Assembly (NCBI GenBank): GCA_016840085.1 | Contig: JAEOTA010000045.1 | Coordinates: 1 to 36,272 of the forward strand | DNA: 36,272 bases | Direction: 5' to 3' | From: Promethearchaeota archaeon | GTDB taxonomy: Archaea > Asgardarchaeota > Lokiarchaeia > Sigyniarchaeales > SOKP01 | Shown here: positions 20,408-29,204 of the stretch, piece by piece | How positions within the stretch are numbered: position 1 is the first letter of the stretch | How the letters are laid out: the number at the start of each line of letters is the position of its first letter | Notes under the pieces: model-generated | The model's database searches: none | What the model saw: only the letters and a program-made list of their open reading frames with translations | Told to the model about the DNA's origin: nothing | Position numbers and translations under genes: made by a program

Positions 20408-21382
20408 ATGAAAAAAGGATTTTTTGTTTTTAAGGCAGTATTTATTTTTATTTTATTAATTCTTAGTTCTATAGTTCTTTATTATTTCTTTTACTATAAT
20501 CAAAATTATGATTGGCAATCCATTGCTCTACGAGGTAATTGGATGGTTACTATTTTCTATTTTACGATATTTTTTTACGCTCTTTTTTTTTTGATCAATT
20601 TTAGATTATTTAACCTAATTTTTGTAATTATAATTACATTTGGAGCTATATTATGGCTTATAATTTACTTATTTGATCTTTTTAAGATTGAAATTGGTTT
20701 TTGGGATTGGTATACTATAAGAGATTCCACTACTATTGTCTCAATATGCATCCTATCTCCAGGATTTACTTTAAATCAAATAAAATTTATCAAAAACCAT
20801 TCAAACCAAAATGAAAAAGGAAAGGTTTTTAGGAATTTCCACATTCATGAAGGCTTTGTTGGCATTATATTTGTTATATTAGCTATTATCTTGATGATTG
20901 CTTTTTATATTTTAATCCAATTTAAAATTATGAATAATAAATTAAAAATTATCTTAGCTATTACTATGATTTTGTTATATCTTTTTTTATTTAGTGGAAG
21001 CTTCCTCATTTTCCGAGATAGAAGAGATTTAATCAATTTAAAATTTATTGAAAAACGAAATCCTACAATTAATAATGATAGATCAACAGTATTTAATCCA
21101 ATAACTCAAGATTCTATTCAATTTTTCAAATCTCCCCACTTGATTTTATATTCTTTTGGACTTCTACTTAATAGCTTTTCATTAAATATGCTTGTCCATG
21201 GAAAAGATTTCTTATTAGAAGAAATATTTAAACTTAAATATGGAATTGTGGTTTTTTTAGGCTTTATTTTTTGTTTTATTGGGGGAGCATTGATTGGTAT
21301 AGACTGGTATCGCTTATTTGGAAAAATATATCCAACTGAGTATCAAGAGATTGAAAAAATTTTGAATAAGTTAAGAAATTAA
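20408..21382 (+). CDS. Multi-pass membrane protein
   Basis: About 8 hydrophobic segments; FHIHEGFVG motif. Confidence 0.75.
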   Translation: MKKGFFVFKAVFIFILLILSSIVLYYFFYYNQNYDWQSIALRGNWMVTIFYFTIFFYALFFLINFRLFNLIFVIIITFGAILWLIIYLFDLFKIEIGFWDWYTIRDSTTIVSICILSPGFTLNQIKFIKNHSNQNEKGKVFRNFHIHEGFVGIIFVILAIILMIAFYILIQFKIMNNKLKIILAITMILLYLFLFSGSFLIFRDRRDLINLKFIEKRNPTINNDRSTVFNPITQDSIQFFKSPHLILYSFGLLLNSFSLNMLVHGKDFLLEEIFKLKYGIVVFLGFIFCFIGGALIGIDWYRLFGKIYPTEYQEIEKILNKLRN

Positions 21383-21384
21383 GC

Positions 21385-22317
21385 TTAAAATTTATCTCGT
21401 AAAAATAACATAATCGCTTTCTGAATATGTAAACGATTTTCAGCCTGATCAAATACAATTGATTGAGGCCCATCAATGATCTCTGCTGTTTGTTCATATT
21501 CTCTCATCGCAGGTAAGCAATTCATAAATACCGCATCAGGTTTCGCAGCTTCCATAATTGATGATGTAACTTGAAAACGCATAAAAACTTTTTTCCGTTC
21601 TTCCTCTTGTTCTTGCGGTATTCCATAACTCATCCAGCTATCTGTATAAATTATATCCGATTCTCTTGCAGCTTCGAGTGCATCATGAACAATATTTACT
21701 TCAGCACCAGTTTTTTTGGAGATCTCTGAAGCTTCATCTATAATGATTTGTTCAGGTGAATATTCTGGAGCCTTAGGGCATGCAACATCCATTCTCCAAC
21801 CAAACATTGCACAGATCCTCATTAAATCATAGGTAACATTATTATGAGCATCTCCAAAGTAGGAGAGTTTCATGTTCTCTAAATTATTCTTTTTTTCTTT
21901 AATGGTCTGAAAATCTCCTAGTATTTGGCATGGATGTGCGAAATCATCTAGCATATTTATTACGGGGACATTAGCATATTTAGCAAGATCCCAGATATCT
22001 TGGCGTTTAAAAACACGAGCTGCAATAATATTTACAAATCTAGAAGCAACTTTTGCTGTGTCAGAAATATTTTCCTTTTTACCTAAGGGAGAATCTTTTA
22101 TCGAATAAAAAATAGCATGCCCACCTAATTGTTGCATCCCAGTTTCAAAAGATATCCGTGTTCTTAAAGATGGTTTTTCAAATAGCATTAAGAGTGTTTC
22201 TCCGTCTAAAGTTGAACTATATTTTTTAGGATTTTTCTTAATCTCAATTGATTTATTAATAACCTTCTCGCACTCTTCTTTTGAAAAATCTGAGACTTTT
22301 ACTAGATGTCGAACCAT
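21385..22317 (-). CDS. argF: Ornithine carbamoyltransferase (likely catabolic, ArcB role)
   Basis: KPSLRTR, HPCQ, DSWMSY, NCLP, QAENRLH; clustered with arcC and arcE. Confidence 0.93.
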   Translation of the reverse strand: MVRHLVKVSDFSKEECEKVINKSIEIKKNPKKYSSTLDGETLLMLFEKPSLRTRISFETGMQQLGGHAIFYSIKDSPLGKKENISDTAKVASRFVNIIAARVFKRQDIWDLAKYANVPVINMLDDFAHPCQILGDFQTIKEKKNNLENMKLSYFGDAHNNVTYDLMRICAMFGWRMDVACPKAPEYSPEQIIIDEASEISKKTGAEVNIVHDALEAARESDIIYTDSWMSYGIPQEQEEERKKVFMRFQVTSSIMEAAKPDAVFMNCLPAMREYEQTAEIIDGPQSIVFDQAENRLHIQKAIMLFLRDKF

Positions 22318-22403
22318 TTTAACTACTTTAGAATTTTTAAGAATAATTAAATAGTAAAAAGAAAGGTTAGATATAAATCAGATGAGGTTATTTTTAAAAA
22401 TTT

Positions 22404-23570
22404 TTATTTTAATTCTTCTTCCGCACCAAAATCACGAGTATACGAAAGAGAATCTAAAATTTCTTTATCTTGTAAATTTAATTTTCCTGTTAGAAGACGG
22501 CTTAAAAGTTCTCCTAAACCAGGTCCTGTCATAAATCCTTGACCACACATACCGACTGCATTAATATAACCCTCAATTTGATTATCTTGTCCGATAATTG
22601 GATTTCCATCAGGGGTCATTGGATATAAGCCGCGCCAAGTTCTTCTTACTTTAATATTTCTTAGGCGAGGTAATAGTTGTATCATTCTCTTTGAAATCTG
22701 AGGTAAAAAAGAACTAGTTTCGCGACGATCTACTCCTGGAATATTTGGTTCAGGAGTTATACAGAAAATTATTTTTCCTTCATTATTTTGATAAAAATAA
22801 TAATTTTTAGAATCACCAAATTTTGGATCAGAATATGGTCTAATATCTACTATCATTGGTGAAAAGAAATTTTTTACTGGCTCAGTAATTCCAGCTTCAT
22901 GTGATTCAGGTTCTACAGGGATAGGGATGCCCAACATATTACTAATATCTTTAGCGTGAGCTCCAGCAGCATTGATAACATTTTTTGCATTATATTGATC
23001 TTGTGTAGTTTTAACGCCAATTATTCTATCTTTTTTTGTCATAATATCAATTACTTTCTCATTGAAATGATATTCGGCACCATAATTTTTAGAATGTCTA
23101 TAGAAAGCGTGTGAAGCTAATAAGGGGGAAGCATTTCCATCTTCAGGACTAAAAGTGCCACCTAATAACCCATTATCATTTATACCGGGGATAATCTGCT
23201 TAATTTTTTCAGCATCAACATAATTAATGTTTAAGCCATAACTTTTTTGAAGTTGAACTGTTTCTTGCAATAGTTTTTTATCATTTTCTGTGAAAGCTAA
23301 AAAAATATAACCTCCTTGATTCCACCATATATCATCACCAAATTTATCTTCCCAAGTAGAGAAAATTTCTATTGATCTTTGGCATAACCATATCTTTCCT
23401 TTGTGTGAATGAGTAGCTCGAATTCCACCAATTGCATGTTTATTATCGGCTTGAGCAACTGAAGGCAGTGAATCTATAACTAACGTTTTAAGTCCATCAT
23501 TTGCCGTAGCCAAAGCAGTTGTAACTCCCACACTTCCAGCACCAATAATAATAACGTCATATTCAACCAT
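22404..23570 (-). CDS. FAD-dependent amino-acid dehydrogenase beta subunit (dye-linked proline dehydrogenase/sarcosine oxidase beta family)
   Basis: GAGSVG, WRGLYPMTPDGNPIIG, GMCGQGF; abuts the alpha subunit. Confidence 0.85.
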   Translation of the reverse strand: MVEYDVIIIGAGSVGVTTALATANDGLKTLVIDSLPSVAQADNKHAIGGIRATHSHKGKIWLCQRSIEIFSTWEDKFGDDIWWNQGGYIFLAFTENDKKLLQETVQLQKSYGLNINYVDAEKIKQIIPGINDNGLLGGTFSPEDGNASPLLASHAFYRHSKNYGAEYHFNEKVIDIMTKKDRIIGVKTTQDQYNAKNVINAAGAHAKDISNMLGIPIPVEPESHEAGITEPVKNFFSPMIVDIRPYSDPKFGDSKNYYFYQNNEGKIIFCITPEPNIPGVDRRETSSFLPQISKRMIQLLPRLRNIKVRRTWRGLYPMTPDGNPIIGQDNQIEGYINAVGMCGQGFMTGPGLGELLSRLLTGKLNLQDKEILDSLSYTRDFGAEEELK

Positions 23571-25655
23571 TTAGAGTTCCTCCTTCTTATCTTTAGCACT
23601 AGCAAATATGCCCATGGGGACCTCAATAAATAAAGGGCGCTTTGTTCCTGGAATAATCTCTTCAGTTGATATTCCTTCTTCTCGAAATATTTTTTCAATT
23701 AAAGGAGTACATGTTTTACCCCCACAAGCTCCCATTCCTACTTTAGTTAAAGCTTTTAATTCATTAAAATCTCTTACTCCTGAACGTATCCACTTTCTGA
23801 TTTCTCCAACAGATACACGTTCACATCTACATACAATTATATCATCGTCAGTATAAGACTTCTGATATAATTCTAAAGGCTCACTATATCTTCTTTTATA
23901 TAATTTAATAGCTACAGCTTGTTTTGCTATTTCTGAAGGCAGTTGAACAGTTATTAATTGAGTTTTAGGAAACTCTTTTAATATTCGTGATCTATATACT
24001 CTAAATTCTCCCAATTCTCCCTTATTACCTACTACAATAACTTTTTCTTCTTTTTCTAATTTCTTATTTGTGAGTTCAAGGGGGAAAGTTACTAATGGTT
24101 TATCTTTATCGTTTCGATAATCCATTAATATAACTGCTAATCCAGGACAAACAGCTACACATTTTCCACACCCGATACATTCTTGCTCACCCTTGAAATA
24201 TGGTAATTGCATAATTGAATTATTTATAGTTTCAATTTGTTCTTGAGGACAAACAGAAGTGCATGGGTTGCAAGGAATTTCTTGATCACAGTAAAAAACA
24301 GGATATATACCTTCTTCTTTAAACAAAATATCTGATTTAATAGGTTGAGGTGGTTTAGATTTCATTATATTAGCAAATTTCTGAAGCTCATCGAGATTTT
24401 CAGAAATTTCAAATCTCATTTCTTTTAGAATCTTTAATGCTTCAATTTTACCAGTAAAAATTGCTGCAGAAGCTTCTGCAATTTCCTGAGCATCCCCAGC
24501 TACCCAGACTTTAAATCCAAATTCTTTTGCTTTATGAAAAAATTCATCAACTGGATTTAATCCTACAGCAATTAAAATAGTATCGCATGGAAATGTTTTT
24601 TCAGTTCCAGAAATTATATTAAAATCATTATCAAGTTGACCAATAGTAATAGATTCTACTTTATTCATTCCATTCGCAGAAATTATTGTATGATTAGTAT
24701 AAATCGGAACGCCTAATCGTCTTAATTTATCCTCATGAACTCTATAGCCACCACACTGAGGTAAAGCTTCAATAAGTCCTACTACTTCCATTCCTGCTTG
24801 GATTGCATGATATCCTGCAATTAATCCTACATTACCTCCTCCTATAATAAAAACATCATCTGCAGCTCTAACTAAATCTCGATTTACTAAAGTTTGAAAT
24901 GCACCAGCACCATATACTCCGGGGAGAGTATTACCTGGAAAGACCAACATCTTCTCCCTTGCACCAGTTGCAATTAGTAAATAACTAGTTTTTACGAGAA
25001 CATATTCCTTGTTATTTTTTAAAATTCCCACAAAACCATCACTAAAGACCGCTAAACAAACGCTATTTTTCCACACTTTAACATTTGATAAAGATCTTAC
25101 TGAATCACCAAGAATCTTCGCAATTTCAATACCACGTTTACCAGCATAAACATCTTCTTCTGACCCAAAAAATTTATGCGTCTGAAGAACTAGTTTTCCC
25201 CCAAGTCTACTTTTATCATCTACTAAAATGACTTGGAGTTTTTGTGTCCCTAAAACTTTAGTTGCTGATAATCCTGCAGGACCTGCACCAATTACCAGAA
25301 CTTCACTATCAATTATTTCTACATCTCCTACACTCACAGAATCATCAATTGGAGGTAATTCTGGTAATCCATTGCAACTTTTAATATTCATGCCCTTTTT
25401 AAGAGGGATCATACATGCTTTTACAGGAATACCATCTACAATTACATTACATTGAGCACATTGCCCATTTGCGCAAAACATACCCTGTGGACTATTATCC
25501 TTAACATGGTGGCCAAAAATCTTTATTTTATTCAGAAAAAGTGCCGAAGATATAACCATTCCTTCAAATCCAGTTAATACTTTTCCATCAAAAGTAAAAG
25601 TTATCTCCTTTTTTTTCTTTATCTCCAAAATTGGGTGTTTTGTTATATTATGCAT
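23571..25655 (-). CDS. Multidomain alpha subunit: 2Fe-2S + FAD/NAD oxidoreductase + 4Fe-4S ferredoxin + BFD-like 2Fe-2S (proline dehydrogenase alpha-like, here called pdhA)
   Basis: FCANGQCAQC, GAGPAG, GGGNVG, CNPCTSVCP, CIGCGKCVAVCP, CRCE...GMGACGGKTC. Confidence 0.85.
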   Translation of the reverse strand: MHNITKHPILEIKKKKEITFTFDGKVLTGFEGMVISSALFLNKIKIFGHHVKDNSPQGMFCANGQCAQCNVIVDGIPVKACMIPLKKGMNIKSCNGLPELPPIDDSVSVGDVEIIDSEVLVIGAGPAGLSATKVLGTQKLQVILVDDKSRLGGKLVLQTHKFFGSEEDVYAGKRGIEIAKILGDSVRSLSNVKVWKNSVCLAVFSDGFVGILKNNKEYVLVKTSYLLIATGAREKMLVFPGNTLPGVYGAGAFQTLVNRDLVRAADDVFIIGGGNVGLIAGYHAIQAGMEVVGLIEALPQCGGYRVHEDKLRRLGVPIYTNHTIISANGMNKVESITIGQLDNDFNIISGTEKTFPCDTILIAVGLNPVDEFFHKAKEFGFKVWVAGDAQEIAEASAAIFTGKIEALKILKEMRFEISENLDELQKFANIMKSKPPQPIKSDILFKEEGIYPVFYCDQEIPCNPCTSVCPQEQIETINNSIMQLPYFKGEQECIGCGKCVAVCPGLAVILMDYRNDKDKPLVTFPLELTNKKLEKEEKVIVVGNKGELGEFRVYRSRILKEFPKTQLITVQLPSEIAKQAVAIKLYKRRYSEPLELYQKSYTDDDIIVCRCERVSVGEIRKWIRSGVRDFNELKALTKVGMGACGGKTCTPLIEKIFREEGISTEEIIPGTKRPLFIEVPMGIFASAKDKKEEL

Positions 25656-25692
25656 CTAAGATCTTAAATTGAATAATTGAAAATAATATATC

Positions 25693-25710
25693 TTATTGAT
25701 ACAGATTGAT
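25693..25710 (-). repeat. Remnant of aor 3' end upstream of pdhA
   Basis: Reads INLYQ* vs aor IKPYQ*; stop lies 37 bp from the pdhA ATG, the same spacing as the real aor stop to the scar ATG (26891-26927). Confidence 0.6.
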
Positions 25711-26013
25711 TTACTTAATTTAATAAGCTTGTTAAATCTTTTTAAAGAGAAGACCTGCTTTTAATAGTAAAAAGCGAGAATAAAATGATTTTACAAAATA
25801 AGTTGTTTTGAATCTATTCTTTAATTAATCATATAAATTCTCAATTAATTATTGCATTTCTATTAGTACTTTATCTTTATCATATTTTTAAGAGTTATAT
25901 CAAAGCATAGAGTTTATATTTATAATTTTATTGACAAATATATATTATAAACAAAATTATTAGAAATACAACAGAAATAACCTTTTTAAATTAAATAGAC
26001 CTAATTATTAAAG

Positions 26014-26661
26014 GTGAAATACAAAATGGCGAATTTTTGTGAAGAATGTGGATTCAAACTTGAATCTTTTTGGAAAAATTGTCCTAAGTGTGGCGCCTCA
26101 TTGAACTCTGCCCCGATACAAACTTTACCCTCTACTCCGATTATCCAATCATTAACTCCGGAAAAAATTGATCAACTATTAGTAAATAATTATACTTTTT
26201 CTTTTAAAGCCAAATTTACATACTGGTATTTTTTTTATATAATATTAGCATTAATCTTTGGTGGTGTAATCACATTTGTTTTGACCGCTTTCGTTAATCC
26301 ATTTATGTTTGTGTTAGGGATACTGATTATTATAATAGCAGAAACAATTATTGGACTCTGGATAAGATATGAAATGTCGTTTATGTTAGAAGTATCTCCT
26401 AAAGCTATTACATTATGGAAAAATAAGAATATAAATTTTCAATCAAATTTTTTAGATATTTATAATATTGAGTTCTTAATTCAGACAACAACTGTGGATA
26501 ACGTATCAAGTAGAGAGAATAAATTTAAAATTATAACTAAAGCTGGATTAACTAAAAAAATAACTGCTGATTACTGGGATATTCACAGTCCATTACCTAC
26601 TGATGCTGTGATTAAACAAATTCTTTCATATTATTATAGAAGAAGTAGAACTAATCCATAA
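26014..26661 (+). CDS. Zinc-ribbon membrane protein (2 TM)
   Basis: FCEECG...CPKCG, Pro/Thr linker, two TM helices; start probably ATG at 26026. Confidence 0.8.
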   Translation: MKYKMANFCEECGFKLESFWKNCPKCGASLNSAPIQTLPSTPIIQSLTPEKIDQLLVNNYTFSFKAKFTYWYFFYIILALIFGGVITFVLTAFVNPFMFVLGILIIIIAETIIGLWIRYEMSFMLEVSPKAITLWKNKNINFQSNFLDIYNIEFLIQTTTVDNVSSRENKFKIITKAGLTKKITADYWDIHSPLPTDAVIKQILSYYYRRSRTNP

Positions 26662-26765
26662 ATAAAAATAACGAATATTTAATTCAATTTTTTTTATTAA
26701 TGTTTCCTGATATTAACTATACTTTTTGGTATGATATATTAAAATCTAGTACATCTTCATAATCA

Positions 26766-26890
26766 ATTTAGAAAAAGTGCAGAAGATATAACCATTCCAT
26801 TAAATCCAGTTAATTTCTATCCATTAAAATTAAAAGATATCTACTTCTTTCTGGTATCTCCAAAACAGGATGGTTTATTATATCTTCCAT
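26766..26890 (-). pseudogene. Degenerate copy of the pdhA 5' end (copy of 25530-25655)
   Basis: Reads MEDIINHPVLEIPE/K*ISFNFNG*KLTGFNGMVISSALFLN vs MHNITKHPILEIKKKKEITFTFDGKVLTGFEGMVISSALFLN; one -1 indel and two stops. Confidence 0.9.
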
Positions 26891-26927
26891 GTGGAATCTA
26901 ATTTAAAATTATTGAGAATAAGAATAA

Positions 26928-29114
26928 TCATTGATAAGGTTTTATGAATTTTGTCACATCATCAAAATCAATTCCTAATTCTTTGACTTTTTCAATAGTC
27001 GGACACCCATTCTGATTCCATCCTCTTTCTTTATATACAGCATCTTGAAGTTTGGAATATTGTTCTTCACGATGTTTTCGAAGAATTTTAATCTTTTCTT
27101 CTGTATCTTTATCAGATATGTCAAATCCTAATTTTTGAAGTTGAGTATCATATCTTTCTTCACGGCTTTCATATTCTAATGGCAAAACGGGCCCCATCGC
27201 CCTATAAGGCAAATTAGAGTCACCTGCACGTAATCCTTGCCCTAAGCGAATATTAAAAATTCTTTGAAAGTTGTAGACTCTTTCTGACATTTTGATAAGA
27301 TCATCTGGAGTAGACATTCTTCCTGAAACTGCTGAAAAATATTTAGCATACCATTCAACATGTTCAGGAACTTTTGCTCGAACTAATTCTCCTGTCTGAG
27401 GATCTTTAATTGGGAAATCTGCTTGAGATTCTGGCTGAATATCGTTCCAAGGGAGCTTACAGAGTCCATTTAGCGAAAACCAAGTACGCCATAATGGAAA
27501 CCAGCGAAGAGCTCTTGCTTTATCTTCAAAGCTAGGAATTGAATTACGAATAATATCCTCAAAGATTAACCAAGCTTCGTCATGTTGAGGTCCTTTATTA
27601 GTTAAGCCGTATCCGCCTTGTTGTGCTAAAGATTCTTTTGTCATATATTCAGAAAATTCTAAACCCTTGTGTTCCATTCCAATATCTTTCAAGAATTGGG
27701 GATCAGCGCCATAATTCTCAGCAAAAATTTTTTTCATTTTTCTGATTCCTTGACCTACTATGACTCCAAAACCTTCTCCCTTAGCCATTTGATGTATTAA
27801 TTCTAATGCTGCTTCTGGATTCCCAAAATTAAGTTCTAGACCACCAGTTATTTCTTTATTTAATATTCCTTCTTCATAACATTCCATTACGAATGCAATA
27901 CCTGTACCAACAGATATAGTGTCTAAGCCGTATGTATCACAATAAAAATTCGTTTCTAATACCCATTTTGGATCCCAAATCCCCCAATTAGAGCCACAAC
28001 CTGCAATAGTTTCATATTCAGGTCCATCTACTATAACTTTCTTACCTTTAAAAGGACCTGTTAATACTATATGACCTTCAGCATAGTGAGAACAACTAAC
28101 TGTACAACCAATCCAGCAACCATCACCCCCTTCTCTTCCAGAATAAATAGTTCTCATGATTTCATGGCTATAAGGAATATCTTTGCCACTTATTTCTTTA
28201 TGCATTCCAAACCGAAAATTTTCGGTTGGTAAAAGATCAGTCACATTCATTATTTCTGGAAGATGTCCTGTCCCAACTCTCCGCATTTCATTTTGTTTTG
28301 GGTCAAGTTTCATAATTTCTTGACTATAATTTTTTCCTAATTCTCTAGCTGCTTCTAAATCTGCGCAATTATTTGAATTTACTGTAACTTTTGGAGAACT
28401 ACATATCAAAGCTTTGAGATTCTTGTCTTTAAATACAGTTCCAATCCCTCCTCGACCTGCTTGTTTAAAAGAAGCCCAATTTCGCGCACGGACGAACCAT
28501 GAGAAATTAAGCATTCCCCAATTAGTGCTTTTTGCGGCAAGTCCAGAGCTTACTACTGAAACACGTTGTTTTTCATTTTTATCTGGTGCATATTTTTCTG
28601 TTAGTTGCTGTGTAAGTTCATGAGAAAATTCTGAAAGCCTTTCAGATATATCAACTTTATTTATTTGGACAATTCCTCTTACTCCATCAATATAAATAAT
28701 TACTTCATTTTTTGCTTTTCCTTGTATTTCTAATGCGTCAAATCCCGAAAATTTAAGGTATGGTCCGAAATAGCCTCCGACATTAGAATCTATAATAATT
28801 CCTGTTAAGGGAGAAATTGAAGTGATAATAGATTTACCAGAACCAGGATAAAATATACTACCTCCTAATGGTCCGGAAGAGATACAAATTTCATTTTCAG
28901 GATCATTCCACTTTACTATTCTGTCTTTAGAAAGAGAATTCCACATTAACCATAAATCGAAACCCTTACCACCTATGAACTTCTCTTTCATTTCATCAGA
29001 AACAGGTTTTATAGTAATCTCATTTTTGGAAAGATTAATATACAAGGTTCTATTAGTATAACCCTTTTGGACTTTGCGTAGTTCATATTTTTTTTCTGCT
29101 AAAATCAAATACAT
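26928..29114 (-). CDS. aor: Tungsten-containing aldehyde:ferredoxin oxidoreductase family protein
   Basis: FIGGKG, SPLTG, GRGG, CWIGCTVSC, GPEYET, DTYGLDTIS, NGLCKLPW, RGW...G.P. Confidence 0.9.
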   Translation of the reverse strand: MYLILAEKKYELRKVQKGYTNRTLYINLSKNEITIKPVSDEMKEKFIGGKGFDLWLMWNSLSKDRIVKWNDPENEICISSGPLGGSIFYPGSGKSIITSISPLTGIIIDSNVGGYFGPYLKFSGFDALEIQGKAKNEVIIYIDGVRGIVQINKVDISERLSEFSHELTQQLTEKYAPDKNEKQRVSVVSSGLAAKSTNWGMLNFSWFVRARNWASFKQAGRGGIGTVFKDKNLKALICSSPKVTVNSNNCADLEAARELGKNYSQEIMKLDPKQNEMRRVGTGHLPEIMNVTDLLPTENFRFGMHKEISGKDIPYSHEIMRTIYSGREGGDGCWIGCTVSCSHYAEGHIVLTGPFKGKKVIVDGPEYETIAGCGSNWGIWDPKWVLETNFYCDTYGLDTISVGTGIAFVMECYEEGILNKEITGGLELNFGNPEAALELIHQMAKGEGFGVIVGQGIRKMKKIFAENYGADPQFLKDIGMEHKGLEFSEYMTKESLAQQGGYGLTNKGPQHDEAWLIFEDIIRNSIPSFEDKARALRWFPLWRTWFSLNGLCKLPWNDIQPESQADFPIKDPQTGELVRAKVPEHVEWYAKYFSAVSGRMSTPDDLIKMSERVYNFQRIFNIRLGQGLRAGDSNLPYRAMGPVLPLEYESREERYDTQLQKLGFDISDKDTEEKIKILRKHREEQYSKLQDAVYKERGWNQNGCPTIEKVKELGIDFDDVTKFIKPYQ

Positions 29115-29204
29115 TCACTCAGATGCATAAAAAAAAATTTAATATATTTTAAAAGAGGGTATCCAAATCGTTTTTCTAATGCCTGTATTATCTTTATAAA
29201 AAAT

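Noticed and set aside
1548-28623. Short shadow ORFs (1548-1754, 3678-4016, 4376-4639, 11121-11441, 13820-14017, 15138-15323, 16476-16688, 19771-20016, 21276-21497, 23480-23698, 23608-23856, 25228-25455, 28414-28623)
   Set aside because: They overlap well-supported genes on the opposite strand or in another frame and have no motifs
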